A stretch of 64,000 bases of DNA from Candidatus Phycocordibacter aenigmaticus (GCA_045401115.1 CP174359.1:291247-355246); one strand, 5' to 3'; positions 11,303 through 22,806 are shown, counted from the stretch's first letter. Made by a program: numbers and translations. Notes: generated from the letters alone by a model not told the origin.

Positions 11303-11901
11303 TGATAAAAAAACATATTAAACACTCGTTTTTCGTCTCCACTACGAAAGGGTTTACCATTATTGAATTATTGGTTTCTGTAGGGATTCTTGCGGTTATT
11401 TCAAGCGTGGTGCTCGCGAACCATACGCGTTTCAATGGTTCTGTGCTCCTTGAGTCACTTGCGTATGACATTGGTCTTTCAATCCGCGAAGCACAAGTGT
11501 TTGGGGTTTCAGTACGTCAATATAATAGTCAGTTTCAAATCGGGTACGGGGTACGTTTTGCTGATAGTCAGTCATATAGCTTGTTTGCAGACGTCAACCA
11601 AAACAAAAGGTATGACGATGAAGATGAGATTATCCAAAACTATGCGCTGCAAAATGGATTCCGTATTCAAAAATTTTGTGGGGTGTTAGCAAATGGTCAT
11701 GTCGATTGCTCTACTGATACTTCGTCACCAATAACGCATTTATCAGTGGTGTTCCTGCGTCCCGATCCGGATGCGTCTATGACCTCAAACGAACTTGGAG
11801 TATCGTACTCACAAGGGAAGGTAACAGTTATTTCGCCAGGCGGTGATACACGTGAAGTTGAAATTGCCTCTACAGGACAAATATCGATAAAAAATCAATG
11901 A
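11299..11901 (+). CDS. minor pilin (FimT/GspH-like)
   Basis: KG/FTIIELLV prepilin motif. Confidence 0.82.
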   Translation: MMIKKHIKHSFFVSTTKGFTIIELLVSVGILAVISSVVLANHTRFNGSVLLESLAYDIGLSIREAQVFGVSVRQYNSQFQIGYGVRFADSQSYSLFADVNQNKRYDDEDEIIQNYALQNGFRIQKFCGVLANGHVDCSTDTSSPITHLSVVFLRPDPDASMTSNELGVSYSQGKVTVISPGGDTREVEIASTGQISIKNQ

Positions 11902-12503
11902 ATACTCAACGACAACATAGTATGAAAAAAAATAATCGTGCATTCACGCTTATTGAAATGATGGTTGCAGTGAGTATTTTTGCAATGGTCATGATGATTG
12001 GCGTCGGTGCACTTCTCTCGCTTGTTGAAGCAAATCGTCGTGCACAAGCTATTAACTCGGTTATGAATAACTTGAACGCGGCACTTGAAAGTATGACGCG
12101 TTCCACGCGCGTTGGTACCACATACTACTGTCAGTCTTCTGCAGTGCCACCATCTAAGGGGACATTAAGTCAACCAAGAGGGTGTACTGCCGGGGCTCTC
12201 CTCGCATTTGAATCTTCTCAAGGTAATCATAACGATAACAATGATCAAGTTGTGTATCGGCTCAATGGTACTCAAATTGAACGCTCTCTTGATTCAGGTG
12301 ACACGTGGGTTGCGCTCACCGCACCGGAAGTAACCATTGAAACACTGCAGTTTTATGTCGTGGGAGCTGAGTCGTTTTCAGATGCCGGAGACCGTATACA
12401 ACCACGCGTGCTTATGCGTATAAAAGGGTCAGCACCAATACCTGGCGGTACGACACAGTTTAATGTGCAGGCAAGTGTGGTGCAGCGAATCTTAGATATA
12501 TGA
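11898..12503 (+). CDS. minor pilin (PilW/GspJ-like)
   Basis: RA/FTLIEMMV motif. Confidence 0.82.
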   Translation: MNTQRQHSMKKNNRAFTLIEMMVAVSIFAMVMMIGVGALLSLVEANRRAQAINSVMNNLNAALESMTRSTRVGTTYYCQSSAVPPSKGTLSQPRGCTAGALLAFESSQGNHNDNNDQVVYRLNGTQIERSLDSGDTWVALTAPEVTIETLQFYVVGAESFSDAGDRIQPRVLMRIKGSAPIPGGTTQFNVQASVVQRILDI

Positions 12504-13013
12504 GTATAGAAAAAACAAACACATCGAAGAAGGTGAGGGGATTCACATTGATTGAAACGCTTGTTGCTGTTTCTGTGCTTCTTATTTCACTTACTGGTCC
12601 ACTGTCTATTGCTACACAGTCGCTTAATTCAGCATATTATGCGCGTGATCAAATTACCGCTTTTTATCTTGCGCAAGAAGCGGTTGAATATGTCCGCGCG
12701 GTGCGTGATGAAAACTATTTACGTAATCGAGGATGGCTGACCGGGTTGAATAATTGTGTTGATACAAAATGTACTATCAATTTCCCTGATTTTAATCACA
12801 ATCCATGTGGAAGTACCTGTGGTCCGGTGCTCATTAACAGAAATAATGAATTATTTGGAGACAATGTCGGCGACCCAACTATATATACTCGCTCTATGCT
12901 ACTTGAAACTATTCCAGGGTATCCTGATGAGATAACGATTCGGGTTGTTGTGTCATGGAAAACAGGTGGATTAAACCGACAATTTACTATTTCCGAGCAA
13001 CTGTTAAATTGGC

Positions 13014-13024
<11 letters not shown>
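12500..13024 (+). CDS. minor pilin (PilV-like)
   Basis: RG/FTLIETLV motif, AFYLAQEAVE. Confidence 0.82.
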
Positions 13025-15541
<2,517 letters not shown>

Positions 15542-15589
15542 GGTAGTGCTCACTTTTTAGTTTTTCACTAATACTGGTATTATTACTTC

Positions 15590-15886
15590 ATGTCAGTCTC
15601 AAAAGACGAAGTTATCAAATATGCTGAATTGTCTCGCATCGCGCTTTCCGATGAAGAGGTTTCCAATTTACAAAAAGATCTTGATGCAATCGTTGACTAT
15701 ATTGATGTAATTAAAAATATTGATATTCCTGATGGTGTTGCTGCTTCACCTCATCTCGATGTGGAGAATGCGATGCGCGCTGATGATGAACCTTATGAAG
15801 AGGGAATCTTTACTGAAAAAATACTCAACCAGGTGCCACAGAAGGAGGGTGAATACGTTAAAGTAAAAAATATCTTAGACAGATAA
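15590..15886 (+). CDS. gatC: Asp/Glu-tRNA amidotransferase subunit C
   Basis: AELSRIAL...MRADDE, directly upstream of gatA. Confidence 0.9.
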   Translation: MSVSKDEVIKYAELSRIALSDEEVSNLQKDLDAIVDYIDVIKNIDIPDGVAASPHLDVENAMRADDEPYEEGIFTEKILNQVPQKEGEYVKVKNILDR

Positions 15887-15887
15887 T

Positions 15888-17303
15888 ATGGATGTAACCA
15901 CACTCAATGCTGTTGAATTAGCAAAAGGATACCGGAAAGGTGATTTCACTGTGCGTTCTGTGGTGCAAGCGTATCTTGATAAAATCGAAAAAGAAAATCA
16001 TAAATTCAATGTATATCTCGAAGTATTTAATGATGTCCTGGAAGCTGCTGACCGTGCAGATGCAATACTGCAAAAAGAAGGAGCAAATGCTCACGTGCTT
16101 TGTGGTGTCCCTATTGCAGTTAAAGACAATATTCTAATCGAAGGAAAAATTGCTTCAGCGGCTTCAAAAATGCTTGAAAATCATGTTGCAACGTACGATG
16201 CGACAGCGATAGACCGTTTAAAAAAAACAGGCGCTGTTTTTCTTGGGAGGACTAATATGGATGAATTTGCTATGGGTACTTCTACTGAGCATTCTGCGTT
16301 TGGTCCCACTAAGAACCCTATTGACCCAACTCGTGTCCCTGGCGGCAGTTCAGGTGGTTCAGCAGCGGCAGTCAGCGCATTATTGGCACCGATCGCACTC
16401 GGTACTGATACTGGTGGATCAGTGCGTCAGCCGGCGAGCCTCTGTGGGGTATATGGGTTCAAACCTACGTATGGCGGTATCTCTCGTTTCGGTTTAATTG
16501 CTATGGGGTCTTCACTTGATCAACTTGGTGTTATTACACGTAACGTGAGTGATATTGAGGAAGTGTTCTCAGTCGTCAAAGGTCATGATAAAAATGATGC
16601 CACCAGCTTGCCATCAGTAGGCGATATGCCGGTAAAAAATAAAAAAATAGGCGTACCGAGAGCATTTATTGCCGATGCTGAACCTGATGTAGTGGAAGAG
16701 TTTGAAAAGAGTCTTGAAGTGCTCAAAGAAAAAGGGTATGAAATTGTAGATATCGAGCTACCTATTATTGGTCATGCGTTGGCAGCGTACTACATTATTA
16801 TGCCTGCTGAAGTTTCCACCAACCTCACTCGTTTTGATGGTGTACGTTATGGTCTGCATCTTGAAGGAGATAACTTACTTGATGAATATAAGAAAACTCG
16901 TGCTGCGGGGTTTGGTGCAGAGACACGTCGACGTATCGTGCTTGGTACATACCTGCTTTCTTCAGGATATGCTGAAGCGTACTATCACCGTGCAACAGCA
17001 TTGCGCAGTACACTCGTAAAAGATTTAGACGCTATTTTTGAAGATGTTGCATATATTGCCACTCCTACTGCGCCTCGTCCCGCGTTTAAGGTTGGTGAAA
17101 AACAAGACCCCGTATCACTTTATTTAGAAGATGTGTTTACTGTATCGGCAAATTTAGCGGGAATACCTGCCATCTCAGTTCCACACGCTCAGGTTGCGCG
17201 CGACGGTGTACAACTACCGGTTGGTATACAGTTCATGAGTCAAAAACGAACTGAACAAGCACTTTTTTCTATCGCCCGTGACCTAATGGGAGAGGAGGCA
17301 TAA
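15888..17303 (+). CDS. gatA: Asp/Glu-tRNA amidotransferase subunit A
   Basis: amidase signature PGGSSGGSAAAV, GTDTGGSVRQPA, RFDGVRYG. Confidence 0.96.
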   Translation: MDVTTLNAVELAKGYRKGDFTVRSVVQAYLDKIEKENHKFNVYLEVFNDVLEAADRADAILQKEGANAHVLCGVPIAVKDNILIEGKIASAASKMLENHVATYDATAIDRLKKTGAVFLGRTNMDEFAMGTSTEHSAFGPTKNPIDPTRVPGGSSGGSAAAVSALLAPIALGTDTGGSVRQPASLCGVYGFKPTYGGISRFGLIAMGSSLDQLGVITRNVSDIEEVFSVVKGHDKNDATSLPSVGDMPVKNKKIGVPRAFIADAEPDVVEEFEKSLEVLKEKGYEIVDIELPIIGHALAAYYIIMPAEVSTNLTRFDGVRYGLHLEGDNLLDEYKKTRAAGFGAETRRRIVLGTYLLSSGYAEAYYHRATALRSTLVKDLDAIFEDVAYIATPTAPRPAFKVGEKQDPVSLYLEDVFTVSANLAGIPAISVPHAQVARDGVQLPVGIQFMSQKRTEQALFSIARDLMGEEA

Positions 17304-17325
17304 GTTTCCCTGATATTATAGGAGT

Positions 17326-18024
17326 ATGGATTGGCTCCATTTTTTAAACCTTCAGTATATCTATTGCGTTATATACTCGTTCTTTGGTAACGAGTGTAAC
17401 GATGTGGGCGGTTTTGGTAATGACGGCAGTTTCGGCAATGGTGGTAGTATCGCATCTACAACACCAAGCGCCGGTGGAGGTGTGTTGGACCAAATAGGCG
17501 AGGTATTTTTTTCAGTATTTAGTACGTTAGGAAATTTCTTCTCGCCATTGATAAAGTCGATCTGGGGTTTTTACAGTGGTCTGGCGTGGGGTATTTCTTT
17601 CTTTCTTTTTTTAGTGATGATATTTGCACTCGGGAGTCTGTTGTTTATTCGGCTGCGTGAAATTAACAAATATGGCACCTTACCGCCTGAAACCGAAAAG
17701 GAATCAATCCGCACGGCGCGGTGGGAAGAGTTGCTTGAAGAAACAATGGTCACCGATCCAAAGCGATGGCGCCACGCTATTCTTGAAGCCGACAGCATGT
17801 TGGGTGAATTATTAGAGCGTCTTGGGTATGCTGGCGCGACCACTACGGATAAAATGCGCTCTCTACCGGAAGACGCGTTCGTGACGGTACCGGTTGCTTG
17901 GGAAGCACATCGTATTCGAAACTTTATTTCCGCAGGTTCCAGCGATTTTATTTTGACCCAACGCGAGGCGTTCCGCGTGATGAAACTGTACGAACAAGTA
18001 TTTGAAGAATTTCACTTTATATAG
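17326..18024 (+). CDS. hypothetical membrane protein
   Basis: TM helix followed by WRHAILEADSML...AWEAHRIRN helical domain. Confidence 0.7.
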   Translation: MDWLHFLNLQYIYCVIYSFFGNECNDVGGFGNDGSFGNGGSIASTTPSAGGGVLDQIGEVFFSVFSTLGNFFSPLIKSIWGFYSGLAWGISFFLFLVMIFALGSLLFIRLREINKYGTLPPETEKESIRTARWEELLEETMVTDPKRWRHAILEADSMLGELLERLGYAGATTTDKMRSLPEDAFVTVPVAWEAHRIRNFISAGSSDFILTQREAFRVMKLYEQVFEEFHFI

Positions 18025-18108
18025 GTCTTATAAAAATTGCGCGGAGGTGAGGTAAGAAGGGTGGTTATTGAAATTGATTAAAAACCGCGATATGATACTG
18101 TCTACCGT

Positions 18109-18182
18109 AGCGGGGTGGAGGAGAGGTACCTCGGGAGGCTCATAACCTCCAGGCCCTGGTTCGATTCCAGGCCCCGCAACCA
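18109..18182 (+). tRNA. tRNA-Met(CAT), initiator-like
   Basis: Cloverleaf with ggagg-ctCATaa-cctcc, A1:A72 mismatch, A11-U24, encoded CCA. Confidence 0.9.
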
Positions 18183-18684
18183 CGAAAAGAAATTACATAG
18201 TAATTTCCTCGTGGCGAGCCATTGGGCGAGCTACGAGTAAAAATCCCTGCTGTGCAGGGATTTTTATATTTTTGTGAGCCCCGTGATTCGCTTAGCGAAT
18301 TCTACGAGGCACATAGTTCGTATACAATAAAACTATGTCTTTTTATTATGTATATGTTTTAGAAAATGAAAATGATAAAAGTTGGTATATTGGATACACA
18401 CCAGACTTAAAGCGTAGAGTAAAAGAACATCAAAATGGGAAAGGTGGACGAACCACAAGCCTTAAAAGTGGTTGGCAACTTATGTACTATGAGTCCTATC
18501 GCAACAAGAAAGATGCGGTAGGACGTGAACAGTTTCTCAAAAGTGGTTCAGGTAGGCGATTTTTGAAAAAGCAATTAGCGCACTATCTTGGTTCACAAAA
18601 GTAACAGAGTTCTCCTGTAACAGGAGAATTTTTGTGGCGCTTCCAAAAAGTGAGATAGCGAAGCGTCCAGGCCCCGCAACCACG
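18166..18684 (+). mobile_element. 500-bp GIY-YIG mini-element bounded by 19-bp direct repeats of the tRNA 3' end
   Basis: tccaggccccgcaaccacg at 18166-18184 and 18666-18684; several hairpins and one ORF between them. Confidence 0.7.
18335..18604 (+). CDS. small GIY-YIG nuclease
   Basis: YYVYVL...WYIGYT, RRVKEHQNG, AVGREQFLKSGSGR. Confidence 0.9.
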   Translation: MSFYYVYVLENENDKSWYIGYTPDLKRRVKEHQNGKGGRTTSLKSGWQLMYYESYRNKKDAVGREQFLKSGSGRRFLKKQLAHYLGSQK

Positions 18685-18744
18685 TTATAAAAACACCGGA
18701 CATATATCCGGTGTTTTTTAAATAACGAAGTCGAGTGAATATCT

Positions 18745-19131
18745 CTACGCAATAAACCCTACATACGTTAAGAACGCTCCCAGAACAATAGCGAGCACAC
18801 TCCATCCCATAGTCACTTCTCGTGAGGAGAATATTTTTGCGAAACCAACAATAGTGTTATGAGGAAGAAGGAATAGTGCAGCGCCTTCTATGATGGCGAT
18901 CCATCCTATAAGAGAGATTATTATCTCTGTGAATGTGCCCCATACGTTGTGGCTGATTACTATCAAAAGTCCGATAATCAGCGCCAATGCGCCGTCAAAA
19001 TAAGGGAGAAGGTAACTTCGTGTCGCCTCAGAAAGCGCCTTTTGCATACGTGCCGGGTAGAGTAGGCCGGACAGGCCACCAACAAGCGCATAAACGCCAA
19101 ATATTTTAGCGATAAGTAGTGTTATATCCAT
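18745..19131 (-). CDS. hypothetical four-TM membrane protein
   Basis: hydrophobic ORF, IISLIGW motif. Confidence 0.75.
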   Translation of the reverse strand: MDITLLIAKIFGVYALVGGLSGLLYPARMQKALSEATRSYLLPYFDGALALIIGLLIVISHNVWGTFTEIIISLIGWIAIIEGAALFLLPHNTIVGFAKIFSSREVTMGWSVLAIVLGAFLTYVGFIA

Positions 19132-19280
19132 AGAATTATGTTAAAGGTAGTTACAATAATACCTTTCTATTCATGGTAGCAGGAAAATATGTATGCACGT
19201 GTGGGGGTGTTAGTAGTGATGGCTGTGTCGAATGTTTATTATTTTATTTCTATACCAGTGATATAATGATATTAATACTT

Positions 19281-19973
19281 ATGTCTAAACCCAGCGAAAA
19301 AAAACATGCAATTGCATTGCGGAGGAAAGGTTTCAGTATTAAGGATATTGCTGAAAAAGTTGGTGTTTCTCGAGGGTCGGTAAGTGTTTGGGTCCGTGAT
19401 ATTTCACTGTCAGGAAAACAACGCGCGCGTTTAAAACAAAAAATGATTGATGGCGGTCATGCGGGGAGACTTGCTGGAGCTGCTTGGAATAAACAGCAGC
19501 GCCTTATTAGGCTCGCAAAACATAAAGAAAATGCTCTACAGAAAATTAAAAAAGTTTCCACTCAAGATTTATTTTTTCTTGGTCTCGGTCTTTATTGGGG
19601 CGAAGGTTTTAAGTCCGAAAAGGCTTCGGCAGGCTTTTCGAATTCAGACCCGCGAGTTATTAATGTGATGGTTGTATGGCTTGAGCAATGTATGAATATT
19701 CCACGTGATAGATTGCGGATGCAAATATTCATTAGTGATACTCACCGAGGGCGAGCTCAGGTGATTGAAAGGTATTGGTTAGAGGTTACAGGTCTCCCAA
19801 AGAGTCAATGTGCTAAAATTATTTTTTTACCTAAAACTAAGAAATTTTATGAAAATAAGGATTCATACTATGGTGTGTGTACAATACGAATTCTCAAAGG
19901 GACTGAAATTAGGGATAGAATTAATAGCTTAATTCAACGCACTTTTGATGTGCATGGACAATATAGGAGGTAA
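19281..19973 (+). CDS. HTH plus LAGLIDADG-like endonuclease-fold protein next to a tRNA
   Basis: N-terminal HTH (ALRRKGFSIKDIAEKVGVSRGSVSVW), LGLGLYWGEG helix, FSNSDP, YGVCTIR. Confidence 0.65.
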   Translation: MSKPSEKKHAIALRRKGFSIKDIAEKVGVSRGSVSVWVRDISLSGKQRARLKQKMIDGGHAGRLAGAAWNKQQRLIRLAKHKENALQKIKKVSTQDLFFLGLGLYWGEGFKSEKASAGFSNSDPRVINVMVVWLEQCMNIPRDRLRMQIFISDTHRGRAQVIERYWLEVTGLPKSQCAKIIFLPKTKKFYENKDSYYGVCTIRILKGTEIRDRINSLIQRTFDVHGQYRR

Positions 19974-19996
19974 TGTAGTACTCTCTACAATATATT

Positions 19997-20068
19997 GCCG
20001 GTGTAGTTCAACGGTTAGAACGAGGGACTCATAAACCCTAGACGGAAGTTCGACTCTTCCCATCGGCA
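19997..20068 (+). tRNA. tRNA with CAT anticodon (elongator Met or Ile2)
   Basis: gccggtg...ctCATaa...gttcgac...catcggc-a; CCA not encoded. Confidence 0.85.
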
Positions 20069-20076
20069 CAGATCAT

Positions 20077-20259
20077 ATGTCAGAGAAATATAATAGAGAA
20101 AAGGACTCAACTGTTTGTACTGAGTGTGGTGGTACCGGTGAAAAAGATGTAAATGATCACACATTCGTTGGTGGTTTTTTTGGAATGATAAAAAGAGGGG
20201 TTGAAAAATGTGAAGGCTGCCGCGGTCACGGCACCACAAAAGGGCCGAGACAAAAGTGA
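20077..20259 (+). CDS. small zinc-finger protein (DnaJ-type CxxCxGxG repeats)
   Basis: CTECGGTG and CEGCRGHG. Confidence 0.6.
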   Translation: MSEKYNREKDSTVCTECGGTGEKDVNDHTFVGGFFGMIKRGVEKCEGCRGHGTTKGPRQK

Positions 20260-20274
20260 TACACTAAGTAGTAT

Positions 20275-20538
20275 ATGGATCCCATAACGATACTTGGTGT
20301 ATGTGGTGCGAGTATTATTTTAATCTTCTTTCTACTCAATCAACTCAAAGTGCTTTCTGTTGAAAGTATTTGGTACGATAGTGCAAATCTCCTTGGTTCC
20401 GGCATGCTCATTATTTATGCATACCTTATTGGGTCATTACCGTTTATTATTTTAAATGTCGTATGGTTTCTTTTTTCATTCAAAGATGTGGTTGCTTATT
20501 GGACACGAAAAGAGTCCCCACTGAGTGTTGATAAATAA
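20275..20538 (+). CDS. small three-TM membrane protein (CBU_0592-like)
   Basis: NLLGS...PFIILNVVW pattern. Confidence 0.7.
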   Translation: MDPITILGVCGASIILIFFLLNQLKVLSVESIWYDSANLLGSGMLIIYAYLIGSLPFIILNVVWFLFSFKDVVAYWTRKESPLSVDK

Positions 20539-20557
20539 ATGCTAAACTGACCGTTAT

Positions 20558-21514
20558 ATGGAAATTTTGATTTGGGGAGGGGTTTTTGTGGTTTCTCTTG
20601 TCGCTCTTGTTAAAGGAGCAGACTGGGTTCTTGATAATTCAAAGAAAATTGGACTCGCGCTCGGCCTCTCTCCGTTTATTATTGGTGTGGTAATTCTTGG
20701 TTTTGGTACATCCGCTCCAGAATTAGTCTCTTCTATTTTCGCGGTGTTACAAAAGGCGACAGAAATTCCAGTTGCGAACGCAATTGGCTCTAATATCGCC
20801 AATATCCTCTTAGTCGTCGGTTTATCGGCAGTAGTGGCACGAGGAAGGTTTGAAGCCACTAAGAGCCTCATTGATCTTGAGATCCCGTTACTAATACTCG
20901 CCACCTCCTATTTCTTTGGTGTTGCTTATGATGGTGTGGTAACTCCTGTAGAAGGTATATTTTTATTGGCTGGTTTCGTAGTATATATTCTCTATACATT
21001 GCTTTCAGGAAATGGGGAGTCAGCGGTTGCTGCACTTGAAACTGAAGAAGAAAAAGCAGGTAAACGAATTACGCTTTCTGATATTTTCTTTCTTGTTGTC
21101 GGTTTTGCACTGTTAATCTTTGGTGCTCAATACCTTGTTGAATCAGTATTAGTACTTTCTCAATCACTTGGCATTTCAGTCGGCGTTATTACATTATTAG
21201 CGGTAGCACTTGGTACATCACTCCCGGAATTGGTGGTGTCAATTAAAGCAGCGCTCAGTGGTAACGCCGAAGTATCTATTGGAAACATCTTTGGCTCCAA
21301 CATTTTCAACCTCCTTTTGGTAGTAGGTGTTCCGGCGTTGATTACACCGCTTGCGATTGATACAGTAACGCTTACTGTGGCGTTGCCAGCGATGCTAGTA
21401 GCAACTATCCTCTTTGTTATCTCAGGCCTCTCTCAACGTATTCATTCCTGGGAAGGCATGTTCTACCTCCTCCTCTATGCGTTGTTTGTCGCTAAGATAT
21501 TTGGTTGGGCGTAG
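20558..21514 (+). CDS. Ca2+/Na+ antiporter (YrbG family)
   Basis: two alpha repeats GTSAPEL/GSNIAN and GTSLPEL/GSNIFN. Confidence 0.92.
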   Translation: MEILIWGGVFVVSLVALVKGADWVLDNSKKIGLALGLSPFIIGVVILGFGTSAPELVSSIFAVLQKATEIPVANAIGSNIANILLVVGLSAVVARGRFEATKSLIDLEIPLLILATSYFFGVAYDGVVTPVEGIFLLAGFVVYILYTLLSGNGESAVAALETEEEKAGKRITLSDIFFLVVGFALLIFGAQYLVESVLVLSQSLGISVGVITLLAVALGTSLPELVVSIKAALSGNAEVSIGNIFGSNIFNLLLVVGVPALITPLAIDTVTLTVALPAMLVATILFVISGLSQRIHSWEGMFYLLLYALFVAKIFGWA

Positions 21515-21598
21515 ATTGTTCTCAATTCGGTATATATTGAAAAGAAGTCGTTTTTAGGGTATCTTTTGGGAACTGCCGAAAGGTGGTAGTGACTGTTT

Positions 21599-21850
21599 GT
21601 GGGTGTAAGCGTTGGTTTGCACCTACAGGTATTTATTTGCGGGTGTAAGGAAACCTTGCGCCCGCGGCGAGTTGAGAGAATACACTTCCTTTTTTCCGGC
21701 GCGGCAGTGAGAATGTAAACAAGCTTCCATTCTCACTTTGCTTGGAAAAACCGCGTATTCTCGTTAAACACTTGCGGGTGTAAGTAAATCTTTCACCCGC
21801 TGCATTCGGAAATAATGTGAAAACAAGTTTTCCCGTTATATTCCTCATTT
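21599..21850 (+). repeat. array of three tRNA-Asp 5'-end-derived hairpins plus a conserved 89-nt stem-loop
   Basis: GYGGGTG-TAAG-loop-YTTK-CRCCYRC hairpins at 21599-21626, 21639-21665 and 21774-21800; tRNA-Asp starts gcgggtgtag. Confidence 0.85.
21674..21762 (+). ncRNA. unnamed 89-nt structured element, copy A (upstream of tRNA-Asp)
   Basis: 69/89 ungapped identity (hand count) to 28842-28930 on the minus strand, with compensatory base pairs. Confidence 0.7.
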
Positions 21851-21924
21851 GCGGGTGTAGCTCAGATGGTTAGAGCGTCCGCCTGTCACGCGGAAGGTCG
21901 TGGGTTCAAGTCCCATCACTCGCG
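21851..21924 (+). tRNA. tRNA-Asp(GTC)
   Basis: tccgc-ctGTCac-gcgga anticodon arm, ggttcaagtcc T-loop, G73. Confidence 0.95.
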
Positions 21925-22168
21925 CATAGAAAAAACCGCCGTTATGGCGGTTTTTGTGCGAGTGATGGGACTTGAACCAGAAAGGGGGTCGGGGGAACTG
22001 GGTGTTCCCCCGTGGAGGAGTTAGGCCGCAGGCCGTCATAGAACCGTGGGTTCTATGAGCGCAGCGAAGCAAGCAGTGAAACTCCCATCACTCGCGCATT
22101 AAATAATACAACCCGGATACGAAAGTATTCGGGTTGTATTATTTAACAGTGATGGGGGACTTGAACCC
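21911..22168 (+). repeat. tRNA-Asp 3'-end-derived units (hairpin, antisense copy, motif, direct copy; second unit truncated)
   Basis: Antisense gcgagtgatgggacttgaacc 21958-21978; motif 22059-22075; 17-bp direct repeat 21911-21927/22083-22099; second antisense copy 22148-22168. Confidence 0.85.
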
Positions 22169-22215
22169 GTAGGGGATACAAAACGGTTTTATGTGTAGTG
22201 TGTAGACGACGGCAC

Positions 22216-22806
22216 TCAAAAAGTGTAATTATGTTTTTCAGTTGGTAAAACAGGTGGGGTAGGGCTATGAATATTCTCCATAGCACCAAAAGGTACACGG
22301 AACACAATACGTGCGGTCTCGAACATTGCAACAAGGCCGGTCGTATAAAGCACGTCTCCAATTAACATATTACGAAAAAATGGAAGACCAAGTTCATATG
22401 CGTAAAAAAGACCAGTGACACTTTTTTCATACCACGGCGAGAGTGCCCACACTGCGCCGTTAGTCACTATGAAGAAAATCACTGACGAGGCAAAAAGTGA
22501 AAGTCCAACTGGGACAACATTGCGATGCGTCCGTGTTATCCAACTTATACACGCAATGAGTGCGAATGATCCATACACCGATGCCATTATTTTCCAATCA
22601 TAAAAACCAATAAGTAAATCTGAGGCAAGTAGCGCGAGAAGAGGGAGCGCTATTGCCCAGCGTCGCCCAAGATACATAGCGCCAACAAACGCAATCGCCG
22701 TTATAGGTGTCATGTTTGGCATATGTGGCGCGAGGCGTAACAAGACGCCTAAGATAAGAAGCGTGCCGGCGATGAGTATAATGTGTTTTTGTGTAAGGTG
22801 TGGCAT
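22216..22806 (-). CDS. DUF6580-like membrane protein, putative solitary S-component-type B12 transporter
   Basis: RLAPHMPNMTPITAIA, SDLLIGFY, FFIVTN, GLPFF; substrate inferred from operon context. Confidence 0.7.
   Translation of the reverse strand: MPHLTQKHIILIAGTLLILGVLLRLAPHMPNMTPITAIAFVGAMYLGRRWAIALPLLALLASDLLIGFYDWKIMASVYGSFALIACISWITRTHRNVVPVGLSLFASSVIFFIVTNGAVWALSPWYEKSVTGLFYAYELGLPFFRNMLIGDVLYTTGLVAMFETARIVFRVPFGAMENIHSPTPPVLPTEKHNYTF

Noticed and set aside
15590-17303. gatB missing from gatCA
   Set aside because: gatB is often unlinked, so its absence cannot be judged from one window.
21540-21600. Cobalamin riboswitch near the B12 operon
   Set aside because: Only a small hairpin is present, there is no B12 box, and it lies at the wrong end of the operon.
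21633-21848. Similar short ORFs at 21633-21848 (-) and 28774-29103 (+) sharing IRxFxKQxENGS
   Set aside because: Both are antisense translations of the 89-nt element. The compensatory base changes point to selection on structure, not on a protein.
21599-21850. CRISPR array
   Set aside because: The repeats are only three degenerate tRNA-derived hairpins with very uneven spacers, and there are no cas genes in the window.
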